This document shows positions 7,875 to 14,690 of a DNA stretch of 19,471 bases, in pieces. The notes beneath the pieces are model-generated. The model ran no database searches. It was not told where the DNA came from and was given only the letters and a program-made list of their open reading frames with translations. Source of the stretch: a virus (Duplodnaviria; Heunggongvirae; Uroviricota; Caudoviricetes); IMG/VR virus record IMGVR_UViG_2645727743_000022. One strand, 5' to 3'. A program made the translations under genes and the position numbers. Positions within the stretch are counted from its first letter, which is position 1; every line of letters begins with the position of its first letter.

Positions 7875-8095
7875 AGAGCACCTCCCAGGCGTTTAAACAT
7901 TTTTCCGGACTGAAACGCCATCAACGGATAGCTAATGGTGTAGTTACGCCCCAGTAATTCACACACAACTTTCTGGCTTTCGGTGCTGACCAGGCAAACC
8001 CGCAGAACGTGACCGTTGCTGGTGGCGAACCACTGCCCCACACGGGGGCAACGGTTGTATCGGTGATACAGGGAATTAACGATGTAGCGGATCAT
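7871..8095 (-). CDS. Hypothetical protein (74 aa), translationally coupled
   Basis: ATG 8095 overlaps the upstream stop; its own stop overlaps the O-like start. Sits where cII-like genes are usually found; no recognisable motif. Confidence 0.5.
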   Translation of the reverse strand: MIRYIVNSLYHRYNRCPRVGQWFATSNGHVLRVCLVSTESQKVVCELLGRNYTISYPLMAFQSGKMFKRLGGAL

Positions 8096-8286
8096 GGACG
8101 CACCTCCGCCGTAGTTACGTATTTAACCGGGCTACCTTTCATTGAGATGGTTTCACACATCTCTGCCGCTTTCAGTTCCGCTGTTTTTCTGGATTTATAG
8201 CGACGGTGCCAGACAGATACATCCGTGCGAACTGATACATCGTTTCTGTATTCCGTAGTGGAGATGATGATTTCGTAACTAATCAT
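8092..8286 (-). CDS. Hypothetical protein (64 aa), translationally coupled
   Basis: ATG 8286 overlaps the stop of the upstream Rha-like gene (ATGA). Confidence 0.5.
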   Translation of the reverse strand: MISYEIIISTTEYRNDVSVRTDVSVWHRRYKSRKTAELKAAEMCETISMKGSPVKYVTTAEVRP

Positions 8287-8834
8287 GGGCGAACCTCCTT
8301 GTCAGAACCATTCAGCCTGGAATCAACAAGTGCAGCGCCAAAAACAGCATCACCAACACGGTCGTACAGTTTGCTAGCCAGCGGAGATTCAACGGCCTTA
8401 AGCATTGGATAAAGCTGGCTTGTCCAGATTTGATGGATTTCACGCAAATGCAGGTATACGCCTCTGGCGTTTCGTGCGACAGCTGACATATCAGACGCAT
8501 CGGCACCTGATAAACTCTTCTCCATCAGGTTAAAGGCGTTGATGTATGCCTCTTTGAACCGGGCAGCACGTTTGCCAGTAAAGCCCATAGCAAGGAACGC
8601 GAAGCCATCACGGGTGATTTGATAGCAAGGTAGTTTGCGGCCTGATGCGTCGGTGTATTCACTTAACACAAAATTGTGTTCAGTAAATTCAGCGGAACAT
8701 TCGAGGTTTCTAATTCTATCTAAAACCCGCTCATGCCGTTTAGTAAAGTAATTAGCTACTGCAAGAGATGTGGTGACAACGCGACCATTGATAATCGTGA
8801 TTTCAGGGTGAGATTGGGTTGGGAGAGTAGTCAT
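8283..8834 (-). CDS. Phage regulatory protein, Rha family (about 183 aa from ATG 8834)
   Basis: N-terminus after M102 of the long ORF: MTTLPTQSHPEITIINGRVVTTSLAVANYFTKRHERVLDRIRNLE matches the Rha N-terminal signature. The 101-codon open frame upstream (8835-9137) is G/P-rich, lacks an RBS and is probably not translated. Confidence 0.7.
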   Translation of the reverse strand: MTTLPTQSHPEITIINGRVVTTSLAVANYFTKRHERVLDRIRNLECSAEFTEHNFVLSEYTDASGRKLPCYQITRDGFAFLAMGFTGKRAARFKEAYINAFNLMEKSLSGADASDMSAVARNARGVYLHLREIHQIWTSQLYPMLKAVESPLASKLYDRVGDAVFGAALVDSRLNGSDKEVRP

Positions 8835-9221
8835 GGTGACAGCCCCTATGTTGAATTCAATGAACTCACCACCAAGGCTTTCCACGACCATATAGGTGGT
8901 GAGACGTACAGGGGTGGAAATACCGGTCAACATAGAACCCGGCCCAACCGAAGTTGGCCCTGCACGCCCCACCATAATTTGGGCGTAACGATGCTCATGA
9001 CACGAAAAAACCGCATGAGCGCGGTTGTGCTCTATATTGAATTTCGGGTTTCCACGCCCGGCACCCGCTTTATAAGGTGCCTGAGCAGTGTAACGTCCCG
9101 GAATTGCAGAATCAATATTTGGTCTTGAAATGATCATATAGCTGCTGATATCTTTAGAACTGTTCTTGGATGTTTCGGAGCCGTTTTATGCGAAACAGCT
9201 CCCCGTTATTGATGTTGAGTG

Positions 9222-9246
9222 AGCCGGGTTACTCCCGGCTTTTTTT
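9222..9246 (+). terminator. Plus-strand intrinsic terminator antisense to the rightward operon (OOP-like position)
   Basis: Stem AGCCGGG (9222-9228), loop TTACT, stem CCCGGCT (9234-9240), then TTTTTT (9241-9246). On the minus strand the T-run is absent, so it is strand-specific. No convincing plus-strand gene upstream. Confidence 0.5.
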
Positions 9247-9959
9247 CATCGCTGCCAACCAATAACCTGAAATAACCCCATTTTCGGGTGATACCAGCGA
9301 GTCCCTCGCGGTTCTGCTTCCTCCATAACCCGATAAAAAGCAGCCATAAACGGTTCCACAGCAACAATTGCGCGACGTGACAACAATCCGTCCGGCGTCA
9401 TGAACTCATGTGTGTCTGTAGGAATTTGATAGGCGTTCACCAGATTGCGGCATTTATCATCTGACAAACCGGTTTTTGCTTTCAGTTGGCGATATCCGGC
9501 ATAGCCCTCACGAATAGTGCCCTTTTTAATTTGCTCGACTGTTTCAGCAACGTGGCTGACTTTTTCTTCCACCTGAGTGATCCGTTTCTGCTGACGAACG
9601 GCTTCAAGAGCCATCGCAGCAACCATTTCAATTTCGCTCATTGGCTTACGGATCTGTTCTTCCAGTTCACGCCAGCGATCTACCAGGCGAGCAGTGAATT
9701 CAGGGCAGAGCTGTGCGACGACAATGATGCTGTCGCGCTTACCTTGTTCTCCTTCAAACAGGTAATGCTCATATTGAACTTTAAAACCTAAGTTATTGAT
9801 TTTCTCGGAAACAGCCATTGGCGGTTTCCGGATGATGTTTTTAGCAACCAGGCGTTCGATACTACGTTTAACATCTGAGTGCTGACTACCCACCAGCTCT
9901 GCGATCTCAACGCTGGTCATGGATGCTTTGTCGTTAAAAATTGCGGTGTTCACTGCCAT
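9246..9959 (-). CDS. Phage regulatory protein, Rha family (about 237 aa)
   Basis: ATG 9959 preceded by TAAGGAG. N-terminus MAVNTAIFNDKASMTSVEIAELVGSQHSDVKRSIERLVAKNII fits the Rha family; C-terminal domain is antirepressor-like. Confidence 0.7.
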   Translation of the reverse strand: MAVNTAIFNDKASMTSVEIAELVGSQHSDVKRSIERLVAKNIIRKPPMAVSEKINNLGFKVQYEHYLFEGEQGKRDSIIVVAQLCPEFTARLVDRWRELEEQIRKPMSEIEMVAAMALEAVRQQKRITQVEEKVSHVAETVEQIKKGTIREGYAGYRQLKAKTGLSDDKCRNLVNAYQIPTDTHEFMTPDGLLSRRAIVAVEPFMAAFYRVMEEAEPRGTRWYHPKMGLFQVIGWQR

Positions 9960-10072
9960 CTCCTTACGGATAAATTCTTTTAAGATTCCGCACATTCGTA
10001 CTTATTGGTGCCGAACCTTCCTTCAGTTATCCTTTTGATCCCTATAAACAAAAGAACCAAAGGAGGTTCGAC

Positions 10073-10366
10073 ATGAAAGTTCAGGCCGTTGGTTTATTCT
10101 GGTTTCGCGATGCGATTCAGTATCATGAGCTCAAAAATATTTTTACTGATGCTGATGTGCTCTCCGACAGTTACACCGAGTGGAAACACGACGCTGAAAA
10201 ATTGATTAAGCGTGTCGAAAGAAGCGGGCAACGAGTTATTAAAGTTGAAGCGGATACAGCCGAGTTCATCACCTGGTGTACAAGCGAAGGCATTGGAATC
10301 AATGCCGAAGGTAGAATGCAGTTCGCATCCTTTAAGGCTTACCAACAACTTCTCAGCGAACGCTAA
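10073..10366 (+). CDS. Hypothetical 97 aa protein on the strand opposite to the rightward operon, between rha and cro
   Basis: Consensus SD AAAGGAGG 6 nt before ATG 10073. Product MKVQAVGLFWFRDAIQYHELKNIFTDADVLSDSYTEWKHDAEKLIKRVERSGQRVIKVEADTAEFITWCTSEGIGINAEGRMQFASFKAYQQLLSER is well balanced and globular-looking. A 7 bp GC-rich hairpin (GGGGCAA 10374-10380 / TTGCCCC 10390-10396) sits right after the stop. Mutually exclusive with minus ORF 10094..10426. Confidence 0.55.
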   Translation: MKVQAVGLFWFRDAIQYHELKNIFTDADVLSDSYTEWKHDAEKLIKRVERSGQRVIKVEADTAEFITWCTSEGIGINAEGRMQFASFKAYQQLLSER

Positions 10367-10436
10367 TGTGATTGGGGCAATCGAAATGGTTGCCCCATCG
10401 TATTTAATAGTTATTTTTTCGCTCATATCACCACCA

Positions 10437-10709
10437 TCACTTCTCGTCCTCTGTGTGCGCTAAGCTTGGATTTGAAATTTTGCGTAACGAATCAGGAATT
10501 CCATCTTCAGGGTGAGGATAAAGATCTGGCCTTAAGCCATGTGGCGTGACCTTCCATGCAACTACTTCACATACGCGTAAAACGAAACGAGCAGGAATTG
10601 TGTTTTTTGAAAACCACTGATTCACCGCTTGCGGCGTCACACCAAGATTTCGCGCTATGGCATTTTGCGCAATTAATGCACGAAGTTTGTCGTAATCATT
10701 TCCTTTCAT
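10437..10709 (-). CDS. cro: Cro-like HTH regulator (Cro/YdaS family, 90 aa)
   Basis: HTH segment LRALIAQNAIARNLGVTPQAVNQWFSKNTIP; divergent from the cI-like gene across a 133 bp operator region. Confidence 0.7.
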   Translation of the reverse strand: MKGNDYDKLRALIAQNAIARNLGVTPQAVNQWFSKNTIPARFVLRVCEVVAWKVTPHGLRPDLYPHPEDGIPDSLRKISNPSLAHTEDEK

Positions 10710-10842
10710 AACAAAGCACCAACATTAACTTTATAAATCAAGAATACATCAAGTTTAAATTAACATGCAAGTTGCAAAAGGATCGAATACACTAAAATCA
10801 AGTAAAGATTTATCCTTGTAAAGAAACCCACAGGATTTGGTC
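10710..10842. promoter_or_regulatory. Immunity operator/promoter region (OR-like) between cro and cI
   Basis: 133 bp AT-rich divergent intergenic region. ATCAAG(T) repeats at 10737-10742, 10748-10754 and 10797-10803; the same half-site occurs as an inverted pair at the pL-like promoter (11631-11647). Exact -35/-10 elements could not be fixed by eye. Confidence 0.5.
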
Positions 10843-11532
10843 ATGAAGAACGTCAAAAACACGGAAAATCGAATAGCCGCGATGCTGAAAGCAAAAGGAT
10901 GGACTCAGGCTCAACTGGCCCGCAAGTTAGGTGTGAGTGCGCAATCAGTGCAGTACTGGACAACAGGAAAAACATTTCCACGGAGTGATAAGCTCGCGCA
11001 TTTATCCGAGATTAGCGGTTATCCACAATCCTGGTTCTTAGGTGAAGACTCCTCACCAACCTTTTCCTCGCAAGAGAAACACCAGACAAGAACAGATAGC
11101 GTCGTGTTTAATGTCCTTGATGTTGAGTTTAGTTGCGGTGATGGAACTCATGTCCGTGGTGACTTGATAGATGTAGTGCGCTCAATAGAACTTGATCCTG
11201 AATATGCCCGACGCCTTGTTGGAAATCGGGCATTCAAAAATATAGGAATAGGTAACGCCAGAGGAGACAGTATGGCTCCCACAATCTCACCTGGCGACCT
11301 TCTTTTTCTTGATAAGACAGTAACTTATTTTGATGGCGATGGCATTTATGCATTTTGTTTTGATGGAGAATGCTACGTGAAAAGACTTCAAAAAATTGGA
11401 AGCAAAATCATGGTGTTATCTGATAACCCCAATTATCAACCATGGAGCATCGAAAAAGAGGGGTTAGCTCTGCTTTATATCCAGTCTAAAGTGATCTCAT
11501 CAGTACCATTCAATATAAACAGATTTGGTTAG
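10843..11532 (+). CDS. cI: Prophage repressor CI-like (N-terminal HTH plus C-terminal S24 LexA-type peptidase domain, about 229 aa)
   Basis: HTH IAAMLKAKGWTQAQLARKLGVSAQSVQYW; S24 motifs GDSMAPTISPGD (Ser nucleophile) and CYVKRL (Lys). ATG at 10843 (the ORF track starts at TTG 10837). Divergent from cro. Confidence 0.85.
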   Translation: MKNVKNTENRIAAMLKAKGWTQAQLARKLGVSAQSVQYWTTGKTFPRSDKLAHLSEISGYPQSWFLGEDSSPTFSSQEKHQTRTDSVVFNVLDVEFSCGDGTHVRGDLIDVVRSIELDPEYARRLVGNRAFKNIGIGNARGDSMAPTISPGDLLFLDKTVTYFDGDGIYAFCFDGECYVKRLQKIGSKIMVLSDNPNYQPWSIEKEGLALLYIQSKVISSVPFNINRFG

Positions 11533-11543
11533 TCTTTGATTTT

Positions 11544-11566
11544 AACGGGCTTTGCCCGTTTTTTTC
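11544..11566 (+). terminator. Intrinsic terminator downstream of cI
   Basis: Stem AACGGGC (11544-11550), loop TTT, stem GCCCGTT (11554-11560), then TTTTT (11561-11565). Confidence 0.6.
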
Positions 11567-11595
11567 TGCCTAAAACACACGATATCAATTTTTTC

Positions 11596-11624
11596 TTGAC
11601 AGCCTATTTCTCAAAGCATAATAT
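11596..11624 (+). promoter_or_regulatory. Near-consensus sigma70 promoter (pL-like) driving the early-left operon
   Basis: TTGACA (11596-11601), 17 bp spacer, TAATAT (11619-11624). Palindrome ATCAATTATAACTTGAT (11631-11647) covers the predicted start and is a candidate operator. Confidence 0.6.
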
Positions 11625-11677
11625 CGCGCCATCAATTATAACTTGATTAAATTCAATTTAAAATTGTTGGTGGGTAT

Positions 11678-12226
11678 ATGAAGACACTAAAAGCAACTCC
11701 AGAAACAACTAATTTTATCAACTGCGGCTGTGTTACGCTTGAAGGCTTAGAACTTGATTCCTTTGCATTAAATATTGCAAATTTGCTAAGTGCTGTACGC
11801 ACATTCCATCTTCTGGATTGTGCTCGCTCAAAGGAACTGGGCATTGAGGTAATGGAATTTATCCATGAATATGCCCTATCTGCGGCTTCTCCTGCACAAC
11901 AAAAACAATCCTTCCCTAAAAGCTGGCTGGTTAACCTTCGCACCCAACGCGAAGCCTGCGGCTTAACAACCGCCGAACTCGCCAGGCTGCTCGATCTCGA
12001 TGAAGAAATCATCATTCAGTGGGAGAGCGGAGAGTATGAACCAACCATCAGTATGCTTATCCCACTGGCAAATATTCTTGGCTGCGATCCGATGTGGCTG
12101 TTAACTGGCGAGGTTACTCCTCCGGAGCAACCAAAAAGTGAGGAGCAGCAACACCATGACGCATCTCAACAAGTTTGCCCCTTATCTCGCGAAGCTCTTC
12201 TGCGGAAGAACCAATACCAATGGTGA
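11678..12226 (+). CDS. Two-domain protein: N-terminal domain of unknown function plus C-terminal XRE-type HTH (182 aa)
   Basis: RBS GGTGGGT before ATG 11678. XRE HTH WLVNLRTQREACGLTTAELARLLDLDEEIIIQWESGEYEPTISMLIPLANILGCDPMWLLTG at residues ~85-145. N-terminal residues ~20-75 are paralogous to the C-terminus of the next gene. Not arginine-rich, so not N-like. Confidence 0.65.
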   Translation: MKTLKATPETTNFINCGCVTLEGLELDSFALNIANLLSAVRTFHLLDCARSKELGIEVMEFIHEYALSAASPAQQKQSFPKSWLVNLRTQREACGLTTAELARLLDLDEEIIIQWESGEYEPTISMLIPLANILGCDPMWLLTGEVTPPEQPKSEEQQHHDASQQVCPLSREALLRKNQYQW

Positions 12227-12354
12227 CATAATCGCCGCTTCGCCCTTCAAGGTACATGCGAACATTTTTATCAATCATTGCGGAAACAGTCTCAATATGA
12301 AAACACTTCTGAGACTCGCTATATAGCAGAACATATAAGTCAGCTGAGGAAGCC

Positions 12355-12720
12355 ATGAAAAAGTTCGAAAACATAACTGTTCTCCATGTTGATGACTTTG
12401 ATTATACAAACCCGGAACTTCTCCCGGAGGTTGTAAAGGCAATAGATGTTGCCGATATAGTGATTAGAGAAAAGAGAATTGTCAAAAACAGGCTCGCATG
12501 CACTTCAGGAGCAATGACAGAAACAACCTCACAGCAAGATAATTACGAAGGCATTTGCCTGGAGCCTGATTCATTTGCAATAAATGTTTATCATTTATTG
12601 CATGCAACACAGGTATTACATATGTCCAGTAATCACGAAACGAAAACACTCGGCAGCGAAATTCTGAATTTTGCATGTGAGTATACAAAAGCTGCTGCCG
12701 AAAAAGAATTAGCGCAATAA
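12355..12720 (+). CDS. Hypothetical 121 aa protein carrying a domain paralogous to the N-terminus of the preceding HTH protein
   Basis: RBS GAGGAAGCC before ATG 12355; strongly AT-rich. Hand alignment LEGLELDSFALNIANLLSAVRTFHLLDCARSKELGIEVMEFIHEYALSAA (11678 gene) versus EGICLEPDSFAINVYHLLHATQVLHMSSNHETKTLGSEILNFACEYTKAAA. Confidence 0.65.
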   Translation: MKKFENITVLHVDDFDYTNPELLPEVVKAIDVADIVIREKRIVKNRLACTSGAMTETTSQQDNYEGICLEPDSFAINVYHLLHATQVLHMSSNHETKTLGSEILNFACEYTKAAAEKELAQ

Positions 12721-12798
12721 CAACAAATATGCCCTGAACGTTTATTGCGATTTTATCGCTGGGGATTGTTACAACCTTAATCCACAGGAGGCTTTATT

Positions 12799-12912
12799 GT
12801 GACTTTTATAAAGAATATGGCATCACACAAGACCGCCTGCCTTATTGCACAATACGGTGAAAATTACATGCATATTGCCTGCTTATTTCTGCGTAAAGCA
12901 TACGGGAGATAA
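12799..12912 (+). CDS. Possible small ORF (37 aa, GTG start) in an otherwise empty 194 bp gap
   Basis: SD AGGAGG (12786-12791) 7 nt before GTG 12799; product MTFIKNMASHKTACLIAQYGENYMHIACLFLRKAYGR; stop 2 nt before the next gene. Below the ORF-track cutoff. Confidence 0.3.
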   Translation: MTFIKNMASHKTACLIAQYGENYMHIACLFLRKAYGR

Positions 12913-12914
12913 TA

Positions 12915-13097
12915 ATGCATCAGAAAACAGCAGAACACGAACAAACCAGAGTATTGCTGACCATCAAAAACGGGAAAGTAATATTCATTCGCCATGTTCA
13001 TGACGATGAACTTGTAGGAACTCTTTCAACATTCCTGTTTATTGCAGAAAAGGCAGGATATGACGTTATTGCACCAGCAGATGAAGATGAGGAATAA
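12915..13097 (+). CDS. Hypothetical small acidic protein (60 aa)
   Basis: RBS GGGAGA 6 nt before ATG; product MHQKTAEHEQTRVLLTIKNGKVIFIRHVHDDELVGTLSTFLFIAEKAGYDVIAPADEDEE. Confidence 0.5.
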   Translation: MHQKTAEHEQTRVLLTIKNGKVIFIRHVHDDELVGTLSTFLFIAEKAGYDVIAPADEDEE

Positions 13098-13102
13098 ATA
13101 TC

Positions 13103-13684
13103 ATGCAATACGATGAATTCCAGGCTGAAGCAACAGCCAATGGTATACGAACTGGCAGTATGACGATTGATTATCACGACGCCATACGTCGTCTGGATGC
13201 CGGAGAATTCGATACTCCTAATGTGCGAGGTTTACGTATCCTTCAGTGTCTGGCGCAAGCCGACGAAGCAGGATTACTGGGTAAACTTCCGGTTGAGATG
13301 AAGGTTGCTCAGTGGCGATGGTTGTATGTGACGACATTCATCAACGAAGAAGAAGACAAGAACGGCACAATTGATATCCTGAATGAACACGGAACAACTG
13401 AACACGCCGTGGTATATAACGGGATGTATGGGTTTATGACGATATATCCCGGCCCCATTCGATTTGCCTTACAACAGTATATTGAATGGAATTTAATTCA
13501 AAAATACGGCGAAGCTGAAGGAATGGGAAGAGCGCTGTTTCTTTATCAGAAAATGCTCACTACTTCCCCTGATAAAGGTTTCATTCTTTCAGATATGGGT
13601 CGAGAAGGGCTTGAAATCCTTCTGGATGAAATTATTAACGAAATGAATACTCATGGCATGCAATCCGAAACAGATATTAAGTAA
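13103..13684 (+). CDS. Hypothetical protein (193 aa), no recognisable motif
   Basis: Clean ORF 5 nt after the preceding stop, GAGGA upstream; soluble-protein composition. Confidence 0.6.
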   Translation: MQYDEFQAEATANGIRTGSMTIDYHDAIRRLDAGEFDTPNVRGLRILQCLAQADEAGLLGKLPVEMKVAQWRWLYVTTFINEEEDKNGTIDILNEHGTTEHAVVYNGMYGFMTIYPGPIRFALQQYIEWNLIQKYGEAEGMGRALFLYQKMLTTSPDKGFILSDMGREGLEILLDEIINEMNTHGMQSETDIK

Positions 13685-13694
13685 AAGGGACCAC

Positions 13695-13943
13695 ATGACC
13701 GTTATCGAGTATATCCAGGAAAATCCAGATTGCAGTAGAGAAGATATATCCCTCGCACTTGGAAGAAGCGCAACTTCTATCAGTAATGAATTATCACGGT
13801 TATTGTGGAATGGGTTAATAGTACGAACTGGAGAAAAAAACAAAATGATTCTGTACTGCGTAAACAATCTGCCGTTTGGATACAGCAATCCCCTAAGTGT
13901 TATGTTCAACCAGTTACTTAAACAGGTAAGAAATGGCAACTGA
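13695..13943 (+). CDS. Small winged-helix-like DNA-binding protein (82 aa)
   Basis: RBS AAAGGGA before ATG 13695; HTH-like DCSREDISLALGRSATSISNELSRLLWNGLIVRTGEK. Confidence 0.55.
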   Translation: MTVIEYIQENPDCSREDISLALGRSATSISNELSRLLWNGLIVRTGEKNKMILYCVNNLPFGYSNPLSVMFNQLLKQVRNGN

Positions 13944-14250
13944 CTCACAACTAACCATAGAAACGGCCCTGAATGTCGGCCTGGCGCTCCTTGGTTATTT
14001 TTACATCGTGTTCTGCAGCGGACGGTGGCTGTCGCTGTTGTTCCTGAAAAAATGGAATAAACGCCGTAAGCAGGATGAACGCCAGAAGGCAATGAATGCG
14101 TTTTCCGAAGCCTTCGGAATTGACGGCATGGAACCAGGGGATCCAGCTCGCGCAATCAGCAGAGGGGGTGTGGTAATCCTTGTATATCGGAGTGAAGAGA
14201 AAAATGACGATCACAAAACAACGAGTAGAAAAAATCATATATCGCCATGA
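13933..14250 (+). CDS. Hypothetical membrane protein (105 aa, one predicted TM helix)
   Basis: TM segment LNVGLALLGYFYIVFCSGRWLSLLFL followed by a basic stretch KKWNKRRKQDERQK. Start overlaps the previous gene by 11 nt; 3' end overlaps the next gene by about 47 nt. Confidence 0.45.
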   Translation: MATDSQLTIETALNVGLALLGYFYIVFCSGRWLSLLFLKKWNKRRKQDERQKAMNAFSEAFGIDGMEPGDPARAISRGGVVILVYRSEEKNDDHKTTSRKNHISP

Positions 14251-14518
14251 AATGGGACTGAACAGCGATATCACTGCCGAAGAGGTTTATGACCTGGCTG
14301 TACTGGCGCTGAATTTATCAAATATCGCAAACCTGAAGCGATACGAGCTTGATATGGATGGTTGCGACTCGTGCGGTCAGGATTGTGGCGCAGATATGAC
14401 TGAAGATCCTGATGGTGATTATGTCCTGTTTGATGACGTGGTTAAGTTGTTTGAATTTGATACAACCACTCAAAAGTTAGAAATCCCGGCAAAGGAGGCT
14501 GCCAGTGAGCAAGATTGA
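14204..14518 (+). CDS. Hypothetical acidic protein (about 104 aa)
   Basis: ATG 14204 inside ORF 14180..14518; alternative start at 14252. Stop overlaps the GTG start of the next gene. Confidence 0.5.
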   Translation: MTITKQRVEKIIYRHEMGLNSDITAEEVYDLAVLALNLSNIANLKRYELDMDGCDSCGQDCGADMTEDPDGDYVLFDDVVKLFEFDTTTQKLEIPAKEAASEQD

Positions 14519-14690
14519 CTATCAGGCACTGCGCGAGGCGGCGGAACAGGCAACGCAAGATGAATGGGTAGCATATATTTTGCCGGGTCATAACGGCATT
14601 TATCCTGCGCGCACGTCTGAGGGTAGGCATTGTGCGGATACTTTATTGACTGGCCTGGCGTCTGTCAGGGGCGGGAGAGCATCAACATGA
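14505..14690 (+). CDS. Ea22/Ead-like family protein, short paralogue (61 aa, GTG start)
   Basis: SD AAGGAGG 6 nt before GTG 14505. N-terminus MSKIDYQALREAAEQA parallels MSEINYQALREVAERA of the 15190 gene; about 55 bp of DNA around both starts is about 80% identical. Confidence 0.5.
   Translation: MSKIDYQALREAAEQATQDEWVAYILPGHNGIYPARTSEGRHCADTLLTGLASVRGGRAST

Noticed and set aside
8733-9128. Plus-strand 131 aa ORF upstream of the OOP-like terminator
   Set aside because: Cys/Arg/His-rich translation with no RBS, antisense to the Rha-family gene; it looks like a shadow frame and ends 94 nt before the terminator.
8835-9137. N-terminal extension of the second Rha gene as coding sequence
   Set aside because: No RBS at 9137, low-complexity G/P-rich sequence, and the Rha signature begins only after M102, which has an AGGGG SD-like element.
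10094-10426. Minus-strand 110 aa ORF coupled to the cro stop
   Set aside because: It contains a GC-rich hairpin and is I/L/F-rich as expected for the antisense of a real gene, whereas the overlapping plus ORF has a consensus SD and a hairpin right after its stop. Not fully excluded; coupling to cro keeps it as the alternative.
12114-12374. Minus-strand 86 aa ORF with GGAGAA RBS in the early-left operon
   Set aside because: Its 5' end overlaps by 20 nt the start of a divergent plus-strand gene supported by an SD and paralogy; overlapping divergent coding starts are implausible. Kept as a low-interest finding rather than a feature.
13589-14274. Minus-strand ORFs 13589..14155 and 13951..14274
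   Set aside because: Antisense to a run of SD-led plus-strand genes; translations are rich in C/W/F/L with no motifs.
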